Made by a program: the position numbers and the translations under genes
Shown here: positions 30,562 through 40,407 of the stretch, one piece after another
Position numbering within the stretch: the first letter of the stretch is position 1
How the letters are laid out: each line of letters begins with the position of its first letter
The notes under the pieces: generated by a model
The model's database searches: none
The model's input: only the letters and a program-made list of their open reading frames with translations
What the model was told of the DNA's origin: nothing
NCBI GenBank assembly: GCA_045129695.1
Contig: JBGVJZ010000009.1
Location: 15,392-79,391, forward strand
Source of the DNA: Lachnospiraceae bacterium
GTDB lineage: Bacteria > Bacillota > Clostridia > Lachnospirales > Lachnospiraceae
Length of the DNA stretch: 64,000 bases
Direction of reading: 5' to 3'

Positions 30562-30590
30562 GGCACATACTATATGTATGTGCCTTTATT
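30562..30590 (+). terminator. Intrinsic terminator after rpsU
   Basis: GGCACATAC-TATAT-GTATGTGCC then TTTATTT. Confidence 0.8.
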
Positions 30591-30595
30591 TATTC

Positions 30596-30622
30596 ATATC
30601 CGGTTTGTTTTAATCATATATT
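30596..30622 (+). promoter_or_regulatory. SigE promoter for yqfC-yqfD
   Basis: ATA-16 nt-CATATATT matches ATA-16/18-CATAnnnT; yqfCD are SigE genes in B. subtilis. Confidence 0.7.
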
Positions 30623-30643
30623 TTATAAAAAATCTATTTATCT

Positions 30644-30889
30644 ATGGGACATCAAATAATAAATGAATTTCGGGAAAATTATTCCATAATTACATTGCAT
30701 GGGAACAAAGAAATATATATAGAAAATTTTATTTCAATTATTGAACTGACACTTGAAACAGCTAAAATCAAAGCCCAAAAAGAAATAATAGCAATAAACG
30801 GGGATAAGCTTATTATAGAATATCTAAGCAAGGATGATTTAAAAATCAGTGGACATATCAATACAATTGAACTAACGGAGGTAGAGTAA
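30644..30889 (+). CDS. yqfC: YabP/YqfC family sporulation protein
   Basis: ITLHGNKEIYIENF..I.G..L.I......L.ISG.I..I pattern; directly upstream of yqfD. Confidence 0.82.
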   Translation: MGHQIINEFRENYSIITLHGNKEIYIENFISIIELTLETAKIKAQKEIIAINGDKLIIEYLSKDDLKISGHINTIELTEVE

Positions 30890-32106
30890 TGAAATCCGGC
30901 GGTATCAAAGGGACAATACTTATTGAAATAACCGGACTGGGTGCAAAAAGATTTATTAATATCTGCCACCATCACAATATTTTTCTAAAAAAAATAACCG
31001 GAGAAAATAATTCCTTCAATGCAGTTATGAGAGCCGGGGACTTGCTAAAAAGTAAGGATATTATTAAAATAACCGGAGTCAGGATTCGTATTCTTAAGAA
31101 AAGCGGACTTCCCTTCTGGTTGTTTAAAAACAGAAAAAGATATTATTTTGCTGTTGGTGTGGCTGCCTTTTTTGGGATTGTTATTTTTCTGTCAAATTTT
31201 ATATGGAAAATTAAAATAAACGGTAATTTATATTACTCTGACAATACAATAATAGAATTTTTGTGTGATAATAATATTTCTGTTGGTATGCAGACAGGTA
31301 TTATCGACGAAAGTTTTCTTGAGGAATTAATAAGGGCGGAATTTGACAGAATAATATGGGTATCCGTATCAGTTAACGGAACTAAACTAACAATTGATGT
31401 TAAGGAAAATAATACCAATCCAATTATGGATGAACAGAATAAGATAAATGACATTGTCGCAACCTGTGACGGGATTATTGAGTCGATTACGGTAAGAACA
31501 GGAACGCCTATTGTATCAGTTGGAGACGAAGTAAAAGCGGGAGATGTTCTTGTTACCTCCAAAGTGGAATGCACAAATGAAAGCTATGAGGTAATAAAAA
31601 CTGTCTATACAAATGCAGATGCAGACATTTTAATTAATACTTCAATAGAATACGAGGATACATTGAACAGGAGTTATCAGACCAGGGAATATACCGGACG
31701 AACAGAAGAAAATGAATTTACGCGAATTGGAAATACAATAATTGAAAATAAGTCATTTAAATGTTCTTTTGAGCATTATGATACCGTGGTCGACTATAAA
31801 CAGATTGCCACAAACGAGAATTTTATTTACCCTATTTACTATGGATATATCTATTACAGAGAATATATGCTTGTTGATGAAAGCTACTCAGATGAACAAA
31901 TGCAGGCAGTTTTAGAAGAAAATCTTGCAAATTATATTAATAAATTACAAGAAAACAGTATTCAAATTAACAATAATAGTGTTAAAATAGAAATATCCGG
32001 TTATTCAGGTAAAGCTTATGGCATGATTAATACTACTCAGCCGGCTATTGGTTATCAGGCACCAATAATTGTTGAAGAAATAGAAGAGACAGAGGGAACA
32101 GAATAA
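30889..32106 (+). CDS. yqfD: Sporulation protein YqfD
   Basis: RFINIC..HNI.L, GLPFWL, IWKIKINGN, IIWVSV..NGTKL.I.VKE, GD.VKAGDVLV; yqfC-yqfD-phoH order. Confidence 0.92.
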   Translation: MKSGGIKGTILIEITGLGAKRFINICHHHNIFLKKITGENNSFNAVMRAGDLLKSKDIIKITGVRIRILKKSGLPFWLFKNRKRYYFAVGVAAFFGIVIFLSNFIWKIKINGNLYYSDNTIIEFLCDNNISVGMQTGIIDESFLEELIRAEFDRIIWVSVSVNGTKLTIDVKENNTNPIMDEQNKINDIVATCDGIIESITVRTGTPIVSVGDEVKAGDVLVTSKVECTNESYEVIKTVYTNADADILINTSIEYEDTLNRSYQTREYTGRTEENEFTRIGNTIIENKSFKCSFEHYDTVVDYKQIATNENFIYPIYYGYIYYREYMLVDESYSDEQMQAVLEENLANYINKLQENSIQINNNSVKIEISGYSGKAYGMINTTQPAIGYQAPIIVEEIEETEGTE

Positions 32107-32108
32107 TA

Positions 32109-33119
32109 ATGAGTTTAACGGAGAATATAATTGATATTCCATTGGAGCACAGCAGAAATATTTTTGGAAGTTTTGATGAATACATTAAGAAAATCGAAAA
32201 AACTCTCAAAGTCACAATTGTAATGCGTGATTCTGAGATGAAGATAATAGGAAGTGATACTGCATGTGAGAGGGCCTGTGCGGTCTTTAACGAATTGATT
32301 ACCTTATCTAAGAGGGGCAATACAATTACCGGTCAGAATGTGGATTATGCTCTTGCATTGTCAATGGAGGGCAATACAGATGTTATATCAGAAATTGATA
32401 ATGATATTATTGCAAGAACCATTACAGGCAAGCCGATTAAGCCAAAGACCGTCGGTCAGAAGCAGTATATTGATCAGATTCGCAACAAAATGATTGTATT
32501 CGGGATAGGTCCTGCCGGAACAGGTAAGACATATCTTGCAATGGCTATGGCAATTCAGGCATTTAAGAATAATGAGGTAAGCCGTATTATTTTAACCCGC
32601 CCTGCAATTGAAGCAGGGGAGAAGTTGGGATTTCTTCCCGGAGATTTACAGAGTAAAATTGATCCATATTTAAGGCCTTTATATGATGCGCTGTATCAGA
32701 TTATGGGTGCAGAGAGTTTTCTTCACAATTCTGAAAAAGGACTGATAGAGGTTGCACCACTGGCTTATATGCGAGGCAGAACGCTTGATAATGCTTATAT
32801 TATTCTTGATGAAGCACAGAACACAACTCCGGCACAGATGAAGATGTTTCTTACCAGAATTGGTTTTGGCTCAAAGGTTATAATAACAGGTGATTTAACA
32901 CAGAAGGATTTACCTAAGGACATTACATCAGGACTTGATGTGGCTCTTAAGGTTTTATCAGGAATAGATGAAATAGGAATCGTTAAACTGTCAAGTCAGG
33001 ATGTTGTAAGACATCCACTTGTGCAGAAAATTGTCAAAGCTTATGACGATTATGAAGCCAAGACTGCACATTCAGACGTTAGACGCAGTAATCCAAAGAG
33101 AAAGGCGGACAGAAAATGA
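32109..33119 (+). CDS. phoH: PhoH family ATPase/RNA helicase-like protein
   Basis: GPAGTGKT, RPAIEAGEKLGFLPGD, LAYMRGRTL, DEAQN. Confidence 0.97.
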   Translation: MSLTENIIDIPLEHSRNIFGSFDEYIKKIEKTLKVTIVMRDSEMKIIGSDTACERACAVFNELITLSKRGNTITGQNVDYALALSMEGNTDVISEIDNDIIARTITGKPIKPKTVGQKQYIDQIRNKMIVFGIGPAGTGKTYLAMAMAIQAFKNNEVSRIILTRPAIEAGEKLGFLPGDLQSKIDPYLRPLYDALYQIMGAESFLHNSEKGLIEVAPLAYMRGRTLDNAYIILDEAQNTTPAQMKMFLTRIGFGSKVIITGDLTQKDLPKDITSGLDVALKVLSGIDEIGIVKLSSQDVVRHPLVQKIVKAYDDYEAKTAHSDVRRSNPKRKADRK

Positions 33120-33622
33120 CAATAATTCTTGAACAGGAATATGAAAAAGATTTAGGAATTGATTATTATGATATTGCCGATAAGGTAATTAATTGTGCCC
33201 TGGACTACGAAAACTGTCCATATGAGGCTGAAATCAGTCTTACTCTTACGGACAATGAAGGTATTCACGCAGTTAATAAAGAATTCAGGGACATTGACAG
33301 ACCTACAGACGTATTATCCTTCCCTTTGGTGGAATATGCGAAACCGGGTGAATTTGATTTCCTTGAGGATAAGGATGAGTGCTTTAATCCCGAAACAGGT
33401 GAATTAATGCTGGGAGATATTTTGATATCCCTGGACAAGGTTAAGGATCAGGCTGAGGAATACGGACATTCATATCTTAGAGAATATGCATTCCTTATTG
33501 CACACAGTATGCTTCATCTTATGGGCTATGACCATATGGAGGAGAATGAGGCAGAAATCATGGAAAATAAACAGAAAGAAATTCTTGATAGGCTTAATAT
33601 AACAAGACAGGTGAGGGAATGA
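33116..33622 (+). CDS. ybeY: rRNA maturation endoribonuclease YbeY
   Basis: PTDVLSFP, LGDI.I, HSMLHLMGYDH. Confidence 0.97.
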   Translation: MTIILEQEYEKDLGIDYYDIADKVINCALDYENCPYEAEISLTLTDNEGIHAVNKEFRDIDRPTDVLSFPLVEYAKPGEFDFLEDKDECFNPETGELMLGDILISLDKVKDQAEEYGHSYLREYAFLIAHSMLHLMGYDHMEENEAEIMENKQKEILDRLNITRQVRE

Positions 33623-34014
33623 ACAGGGAAGAATTAATTAAAGAAGCATATATGGCAATGGAAAAGGCATATTCACCATATTCCGGCTTTAAAGTCGGTG
33701 CAGCAATACTTACCGGAGACGGAAATGTTTATACCGGTTGTAATGTTGAGAACGCTTCTTACGGTGCCACAATATGTGCCGAAAGATGTGCGGCTCTTAA
33801 GGCTGTAAGCGACGGACAAGTCGTTTTTAAACAGATTGCAATTGTAAGCTCTTCAAGAGAGTTTACCTATCCATGCGGTATATGTCGTCAGTTTCTTGCA
33901 GAATTTTTTACGGATGATGGCATAATTATTCTTCATGATGATATGAAGGGGATTCAGGAATTATTATTTTTTGATGAAATTCCACATACTTTTAACAAAA
34001 ACAGTATAAAATAA
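33619..34014 (+). CDS. cdd: Cytidine deaminase (tetrameric type)
   Basis: AYSPYSGFKVGAA, GCNVENASYG, CAER, PCGICRQ. Confidence 0.96.
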   Translation: MNREELIKEAYMAMEKAYSPYSGFKVGAAILTGDGNVYTGCNVENASYGATICAERCAALKAVSDGQVVFKQIAIVSSSREFTYPCGICRQFLAEFFTDDGIIILHDDMKGIQELLFFDEIPHTFNKNSIK

Positions 34015-34032
34015 TCTGTTATGGGTAAAATA
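34004..34032 (+). promoter_or_regulatory. Possible SigF/SigG-type promoter for the BofC-like gene
   Basis: GTATA-14 nt-GGGTAAAATA versus GYATA-15-GGnnAnAnTR; spacing is 1 nt short. Confidence 0.3.
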
Positions 34033-34040
34033 CAAATATT

Positions 34041-34397
34041 ATGAAGAAAATTATTTTACCCATTTTATTATTTTTCACAGGAACCGCTTCTTATGTGACA
34101 GGGTATGTATATATTCATATGACCAACAAAAATCCGATAATTGTTGAAAGAGATTATGTTATGAGTGAAACCATTACCCGCACCGCAGAGGAATACATTG
34201 ATGAGAATGAAACACTTTATATGCTGTATCCGATGTATGGAGAAGTATGGATTTATAAATCCGATGGTTCTTTTTATGACTATACGGGGATTATGCTTTA
34301 TAATCTTCCGAAAGAGGTTCAGATAGCAATTCTCAACCGTAAAGAAGTATTAACATTTGAAGAACTGTTTAAATTTCTGAATGCTTATACATCTTAG
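34041..34397 (+). CDS. BofC C-terminal-domain protein with N-terminal signal/TM
   Basis: C-terminus YML..YGEVWIYKSDG.FYDYTGI...LP.EVQ..I......EELFKFL..YTS resembles clostridial BofC_C proteins. Confidence 0.7.
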   Translation: MKKIILPILLFFTGTASYVTGYVYIHMTNKNPIIVERDYVMSETITRTAEEYIDENETLYMLYPMYGEVWIYKSDGSFYDYTGIMLYNLPKEVQIAILNRKEVLTFEELFKFLNAYTS

Positions 34398-34410
34398 AAA
34401 AGGAGTGCCG

Positions 34411-35640
34411 GTGTTTTCGGCGTTAGATATGAAATATAATACTATAGTACTTGGTGCCGGTCCTGCCGGAATGATGGCTTCCATAACTGCAGCATCTAAA
34501 GGGCTGAGAGTATGCCTTTTGGAGCATCAGGACAGAGTGGGGAAAAAGATTCTATCCACAGGAAACGGCAAATGTAATTTAACAAATTTAAATATTAGTC
34601 CGGATTGTTTTCACAGTAATTCCAATGCGGATTATTTTTCTGTGATTTCAAAATTTATGCCGGAGGACATTATTGAATGCTTTAAGGATATGGGACTGCT
34701 TACAATTAGCAGGAACGGATACATATATCCACGTTCTGAACAGGCATCAGTTGTATTGGATACCCTGCGAAATGAAATTGACAGGCTTAAAATAACTGTT
34801 ATTACATCAGTAAATTGTGAAATTAAATATATTAATAATCAGTATGTAATCAGCTATGGAGGACAAACAATTACGTCAGATAAATTAATCCTGGCCTGCG
34901 GTTCCAAATGCGCACCCAAAACCGGCTCTGACGGAAGCGGTTATGCCATTGCAAAACATTTTGGGCACTCAATTATAAAAGTAATTCCTGCACTTGTACA
35001 GCTAATCTGTAAAGAGAATTTTTATAAAGAATTACAAGGGGTACGTGCAGATGCAGCACTCTGTGTAAGTACCGGACAGGATATTGTGGTTAATGAATAC
35101 GGAGAACTGCAGCTGACAGGCTACGGAATTTCTGGAATTCCGGTTTTTCAAATCAGCAGAACAGTGAAAAGACTTATTGATGATAGAAAAAATCCGATGA
35201 TACATATAGATTTTGCAAGAGAATATACTGATAAGTATTTATATAATTATCTGTTTAATTCTGTCCTAAAACATGAGCAGACGGAAATCAGTCAGATATT
35301 ATCCGGAATACTTAATAAAAAGCTTGCTAACGTAATTATCAAGGAATGTGGTATTAAGCCATCTCTAAAATGCAATAATCTGTCTTCGGACAACATCAGA
35401 AGAATTGTTAATAAAATTAAGAATTTCATCGTAATTCCCAAGGATACCAACGGTTTTGAAAATGCACAGGTATGTGCAGGCGGAGTAAATATTGATGAAA
35501 TTAATTTAAATACTATGGAATCACGTTTGCAGAAGGGCTTATATTTTGCAGGAGAAATACTTGATGCAGATGGTAAATGCGGAGGATATAACCTTACATG
35601 GGCATTTGCCAGCGGAAGATTAGCAGGAGACAATCAATGA
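34411..35640 (+). CDS. HI0933/YhiN (COG2081) family flavoprotein
   Basis: GAGPAG, GKKILSTGNGKCNLTN, AQVCAGGV, GLYFAGE..D.DGKCGGYNL; GTG 34411 follows AGGAG. Confidence 0.92.
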   Translation: MFSALDMKYNTIVLGAGPAGMMASITAASKGLRVCLLEHQDRVGKKILSTGNGKCNLTNLNISPDCFHSNSNADYFSVISKFMPEDIIECFKDMGLLTISRNGYIYPRSEQASVVLDTLRNEIDRLKITVITSVNCEIKYINNQYVISYGGQTITSDKLILACGSKCAPKTGSDGSGYAIAKHFGHSIIKVIPALVQLICKENFYKELQGVRADAALCVSTGQDIVVNEYGELQLTGYGISGIPVFQISRTVKRLIDDRKNPMIHIDFAREYTDKYLYNYLFNSVLKHEQTEISQILSGILNKKLANVIIKECGIKPSLKCNNLSSDNIRRIVNKIKNFIVIPKDTNGFENAQVCAGGVNIDEINLNTMESRLQKGLYFAGEILDADGKCGGYNLTWAFASGRLAGDNQ

Positions 35641-37217
35641 TTAGAATTAACCAGCTTAAACTAAATATTAACCAGCCTGAAAGCAGACTTCATGACAAAA
35701 TTCGCAAAGCTTTGAAGTTAAGTGACAACATAACCTTTGACTATGAAATTGTAAAAAAATCAATTGATGCACGTAAAAAAGAACAGTTAATGTATATATA
35801 CAGTGTTGAAGTTGTGTTAAAAAACACCAATGAAGCTGTTGTTCTTAAAAAGCTTCACGATAATAATATTACGTCAACCAACGCAAACAAATATACTTTC
35901 CCGCCTGTTGGTAACAGTTCTCAACGTATAATTATTGTTGGAAGTGGTCCTGCCGGACTTTTCTGTGGACTATTTCTTGCAAGGGCAGGTTTTAAACCCA
36001 TTATTTTTGAGCGTGGTGCCAATGTGCATGACAGAACGGCAATTGTCAATGCATTTTGGGAAACGGGTAAATTAGATGTTAATACCAATGTACAATTTGG
36101 TGAGGGCGGAGCAGGAACATTTTCTGACGGCAAATTAAACACTGTAGTTAAAGAGAAATCAGGAAGAATCCGCAAGGTTCTGGAAACCTTTGTTGAATTC
36201 GGCGCTTCAAAAGATATTCTTTATGATGCTAAGCCTCATATTGGTACGGATATACTTCAAAGAGTTGTTTTCAACATTCGTCTCGAAATCGAGAGACTTG
36301 GAGGAAAGGTTTATTTTAACTCTGCAATGACGGATATATATGTATCACATGGACATATTTCAGGGGTTCAGATAAATAATTCACAGGATTATGAATGTGA
36401 CAGACTTGTACTTGCTCTTGGACATAGTGCGAGAGATACCTTTGAAATGCTTAAGAACAGGGGACTTCCTATGGAGCCGAAGGCTTTTGCTGTCGGAATG
36501 CGAATCGAGCACCCACAAAGGCTTATTAATAATTTTGCCTATGGTACAGACAGTGTGGGAAATTTACCTGTTCCGGCCTATAAGGTTACGGCTAAAGCAG
36601 ATAACGGCAGAGGAGTATATTCATTCTGTATGTGTCCGGGCGGCTATGTAGTTAATGCATCATCAGAACAAGGAAGAACCTGCGTTAACGGAATGAGCTA
36701 TTCCAAAAGGGATGGTGATAACGCAAATAGTGCAATAATTGTCACTATATCACCTGAGGACTTTTACAGAGATGATGTTCTTGATGGCGTAAAATTCCAA
36801 AGAACTCTTGAAGAAAATGCCTTTATAGCCGGAAAAAGTTCTGTGCCTTATCAGCTTAATGAGGATTTTGCAGGTGGAAGGGCAAGTGCCGGATACGGAA
36901 GTGTTGTTCCGAATATTAAGGGGATTTTCACTCCTGCCAATCTTAGAGAAGTACTTCCTGAATTTATATGTGAATCTGTTATTGACGGAATGAAATCTTT
37001 TGATAAAATGATAAATGGATTTAATATGCCCGATGCGGTTTTTTCAGGAGTTGAGAGTCGTACCTCGTCACCGGTTCGCATGACCAGAACTGATTCAATG
37101 GAAAGCATTGGAATTGGCGGTGTGTATCCATGTGGTGAGGGTGCAGGATATGCCGGCGGAATAACCTCGGCTGCCGTTGACGGAATCAAAACAGCAGAAG
37201 CAATAGCTTCAATATAA
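35637..37217 (+). CDS. Uncharacterised FAD-dependent dehydrogenase (COG2509-like)
   Basis: GSGPAG, QFGEGGAGTFSDGKL, KPHIGTD, SFCMCPGG, PCGEGAGYAGGITSAAVDG. Confidence 0.9.
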   Translation: MIRINQLKLNINQPESRLHDKIRKALKLSDNITFDYEIVKKSIDARKKEQLMYIYSVEVVLKNTNEAVVLKKLHDNNITSTNANKYTFPPVGNSSQRIIIVGSGPAGLFCGLFLARAGFKPIIFERGANVHDRTAIVNAFWETGKLDVNTNVQFGEGGAGTFSDGKLNTVVKEKSGRIRKVLETFVEFGASKDILYDAKPHIGTDILQRVVFNIRLEIERLGGKVYFNSAMTDIYVSHGHISGVQINNSQDYECDRLVLALGHSARDTFEMLKNRGLPMEPKAFAVGMRIEHPQRLINNFAYGTDSVGNLPVPAYKVTAKADNGRGVYSFCMCPGGYVVNASSEQGRTCVNGMSYSKRDGDNANSAIIVTISPEDFYRDDVLDGVKFQRTLEENAFIAGKSSVPYQLNEDFAGGRASAGYGSVVPNIKGIFTPANLREVLPEFICESVIDGMKSFDKMINGFNMPDAVFSGVESRTSSPVRMTRTDSMESIGIGGVYPCGEGAGYAGGITSAAVDGIKTAEAIASI

Positions 37218-37232
37218 CATTTGGAGATTAAC

Positions 37233-38069
37233 ATGGAGAATTATAGAGAATTACTTAAAGATAAAAAGAAAATTGTTGTCAAAATCGGTTCTTCATCAAT
37301 TACACATGAAACTACAGGAAATATTAATTATAAGAAATTAGAGCGTCTCGTAAGAATTCTGTGTGACATTAAGAATCAGGGCAAGGATATTGTACTTGTA
37401 TCATCAGGAGCAATTGCTGTCGGAAGACAGGCAGTAGGGCTTTCCGAGAAACCCAAAGTACTTTCCGAGAAGCAGGCATGTGCGGCAATTGGACAATGTC
37501 GGCTGATGATGACATATCAGAAGCTTTTTGCAGAATATAATCAGACAGCGGCACAGGTGCTCATGACCAAATATACCTTATTACATGAGGAAAGCATTAA
37601 TAATGCACGAAATACATTTCAGGAATTATTTAAATTCGGTGCAATTCCTGTAGTTAATGAGAATGACACTGTATCTACATACGAAATTGAATTTGGAGAT
37701 AATGACAGATTATCCGCCCTTGTATGTGCTTTGGTAAATGCTGATCTGCTGATTCTTCTGTCGGATATAGATGGTCTGTTTACTGATGACCCAAATCTTA
37801 ATCCTAATGCCAGTTTTATTGACCTTGTACCTGAAATTGATGATGATATACGGAAAATGGCTAAAGAAACAGCAAGCTCCGTAGGAACAGGAGGAATGTC
37901 TGCCAAGCTTGCTGCCGCTACAATTGCAACAGATGCCGGTGCAGATATGATAATTGCCAATAGTAAGGATGTTGGTGTGATTGAAGATATAATCGAAGGA
38001 AAACAGGTTGGTACTTTATTCATCTCCCACAAGGATGCAAACTTTAATATAACGGACTTTATTAAATAA
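37233..38069 (+). CDS. proB: Glutamate 5-kinase (no PUA domain)
   Basis: VVKIGSSS, VSSGAI, NENDTV, FGDND.LSA, GTGGM. Confidence 0.97.
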   Translation: MENYRELLKDKKKIVVKIGSSSITHETTGNINYKKLERLVRILCDIKNQGKDIVLVSSGAIAVGRQAVGLSEKPKVLSEKQACAAIGQCRLMMTYQKLFAEYNQTAAQVLMTKYTLLHEESINNARNTFQELFKFGAIPVVNENDTVSTYEIEFGDNDRLSALVCALVNADLLILLSDIDGLFTDDPNLNPNASFIDLVPEIDDDIRKMAKETASSVGTGGMSAKLAAATIATDAGADMIIANSKDVGVIEDIIEGKQVGTLFISHKDANFNITDFIK

Positions 38070-38081
38070 CAGGAGAACACT

Positions 38082-38570
38082 ATGGAAAGAAGAGACAAAA
38101 ACAACTATTACCTTGATATTGCCGAAGCGGTATCACAGCGTGGAACCTGCCTTCGCAAATTATATGGTGCCGTAATTGTTAAAAATGATGAAATTATATC
38201 TACCGGATATGTTGGTGCCCCAAGAGGACGCAGGAATTGCTCGGATCTGAATTACTGTGTAAGAGCCAGGCTTGACATCCCAAGAGGCGAGCGTTATGAG
38301 CTCTGCAGAAGTGTTCACGCTGAGACTAATGCTATTATCTGTGCATCACGTGCGGATATGATTGACAGCACCTTATATCTTGTTGGTTTTGAATTACCAC
38401 AGATGTCTTATGTTGAAAATGCCAATTGTTGTTCAATGTGTAAGAGAACAATAATTAATGCAGGAATAAGCACAGTAATCATCAGAGATAATAAAACCGA
38501 TTACCGGGTAATTGATGTCAGTACATGGATTGATAATGATGAATCTGTAATGGGAGAATTCGGATATTAA
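38082..38570 (+). CDS. dCMP/CMP deaminase-family zinc protein
   Basis: GYVGAPRG, HAETNAI, CCSMCKR. Confidence 0.88.
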   Translation: MERRDKNNYYLDIAEAVSQRGTCLRKLYGAVIVKNDEIISTGYVGAPRGRRNCSDLNYCVRARLDIPRGERYELCRSVHAETNAIICASRADMIDSTLYLVGFELPQMSYVENANCCSMCKRTIINAGISTVIIRDNKTDYRVIDVSTWIDNDESVMGEFGY

Positions 38571-38571
38571 T

Positions 38572-39129
38572 ATGACGGACAAAAAATATGCAAGACAATA
38601 TGTCAGACAGCTCCGCGATGGAATGTCTGAACAGGAAAACCACCGCTTAAGCCGGATTATTTGTGATAAATTATTTGACATGAAAGCTTTTATTAATAGC
38701 TCCGACATACGCGCCTATGTGTCTTTTCGTAATGAAGTAAATACCATACCTTTAATAGAAAAATGTCTTACTATGAATAAAACAATTTCTGTTCCCAAGG
38801 TATACGGTGAAGACATGATTTTCTACCGGATACAAGACACCTCGGACTTGTGTGAAGGATATATGGGCATCAGGGAGCCTTCAGAGGATTTACCGGTTAT
38901 GTATAGCCACAGCGGAATAATAATTGTCCCCGGAATGGTTTTTGACAGAAGGGGCAATCGTGCAGGATATGGAAGAGGATTTTATGACCGGTATCTTGCA
39001 AAATTTCCTGAATTGATTAAAATAGGAGTTGCGTTTGATTTTCAACTGGTTGATGAAATAGACACAAATCCTTTTGATGTTGCAATGGATTATATTTTAA
39101 CAGATACAGAAATTATTAAAATCATATAA
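38572..39129 (+). CDS. 5-formyltetrahydrofolate cyclo-ligase
   Basis: IVPG..FDRRGNRAGYGRGFYDRYL, FD..MDYILT. Confidence 0.95.
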   Translation: MTDKKYARQYVRQLRDGMSEQENHRLSRIICDKLFDMKAFINSSDIRAYVSFRNEVNTIPLIEKCLTMNKTISVPKVYGEDMIFYRIQDTSDLCEGYMGIREPSEDLPVMYSHSGIIIVPGMVFDRRGNRAGYGRGFYDRYLAKFPELIKIGVAFDFQLVDEIDTNPFDVAMDYILTDTEIIKII

Positions 39130-39144
39130 AAGAGAGGTCTTAAT

Positions 39145-40389
39145 ATGACAGAATTAGTGAAGATGGGTGAGAATGCCGTAGCGGCATCAAGAGAAACTGC
39201 AAGACTTAATATTATGGATAAAAACAATGCATTACTGGCAATTGCTGACGCCATTGTTAATAATGCAGAGCTTATTCTTAAGGCTAATGAAATTGATTTG
39301 GAAAACGGCCGTAAACAGGGAATGAAACAGGGCTTATTAGACCGTTTACAGCTTACTTATGACAGAATTGTACAGATGGCGGAGGGTATCCGTCAGGTTG
39401 TTACTCTTGATGATCCTGTGGGTGAAGTCATCGGAATGTGGAAAAGACCTAACGGACTAACAATCGGTCAGAAAAGAGTACCAATTGGTGTTATTGGAAT
39501 TATATACGAATCAAGACCTAATGTAACACTTGATGCCTTCGGACTTTGCTTCAAAGCAGGTAATGCTGTTATTCTTAAGGGCGGAAGTGATGCCATTAAT
39601 TCAAATATTGCAATTGTTGATGTTATCAGGAAGGCTTTGGAGGAACGCAATATCAATCCTCTTTGTATTCAGTTAATTAAGAGTACGGACAGAGCTGTTA
39701 CAACAGAATTCATGCATATGAATGAATATGTGGATGTACTTATTCCAAGAGGCGGTGCAGGACTTATTAAAGCTGTTGTTAATAATGCAACAATACCTGT
39801 AATTGAGACAGGAACCGGCAACTGCCATGTATATGTGGATGCAACTGCTGATTATGATATGGCGCTTGATATTATTGAGAATGCCAAAACGCAACGAATC
39901 GGTGTATGCAATGCCTGTGAATCATTACTTGTACATAAGGATATTGCTGATGAGTTTATTCCGCTTCTTGCAGAAAGATTATTCTCTCACAATGTAGAGA
40001 TTAGAGGAGATGAGAAATCCCGCGTAATAGTTCCTTCATTACATGAAGCTACGGAAGAAGATTACAAAACAGAATATCTTGATTATATTGTTTCACTCAA
40101 GATTGTTGACAGTATTGATGAAGCAATTGAACATATTAACAGATATAATACCGGTCATTCAGAAGCAATTGTTACCAGGGATTATGATAATTCCCGGAAA
40201 TTTCTGGATGAAGTTGATGCGGCAGCAGTATACGTTAATGCCTCAACAAGATTTACCGATGGTTTTGAATTCGGTTTTGGTGCTGAGATAGGAATCAGTA
40301 CACAGAAATTACACGCCAGAGGGCCAATGGGACTGAAAGAATTAACCACTACCAAATATATTATTTATGGTAATGGTCAGATTAGATAA
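39145..40389 (+). CDS. proA: Gamma-glutamyl phosphate reductase
   Basis: [49 protein letters not shown]. Confidence 0.98.
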   Translation: MTELVKMGENAVAASRETARLNIMDKNNALLAIADAIVNNAELILKANEIDLENGRKQGMKQGLLDRLQLTYDRIVQMAEGIRQVVTLDDPVGEVIGMWKRPNGLTIGQKRVPIGVIGIIYESRPNVTLDAFGLCFKAGNAVILKGGSDAINSNIAIVDVIRKALEERNINPLCIQLIKSTDRAVTTEFMHMNEYVDVLIPRGGAGLIKAVVNNATIPVIETGTGNCHVYVDATADYDMALDIIENAKTQRIGVCNACESLLVHKDIADEFIPLLAERLFSHNVEIRGDEKSRVIVPSLHEATEEDYKTEYLDYIVSLKIVDSIDEAIEHINRYNTGHSEAIVTRDYDNSRKFLDEVDAAAVYVNASTRFTDGFEFGFGAEIGISTQKLHARGPMGLKELTTTKYIIYGNGQIR

Positions 40390-40407
40390 TTACAGGAAAG
40401 GATTCTT

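Noticed and set aside
30390-30659. 89-aa + strand ORF in the track
   Set aside because: Alternate frame over rpsU and its terminator; the real gene is the 58-aa S21 at 30350-30526.
38572-39129. 6S RNA expected near the 5-formyl-THF cyclo-ligase gene
   Set aside because: Only a 1-nt gap upstream and 15 nt downstream; no room.
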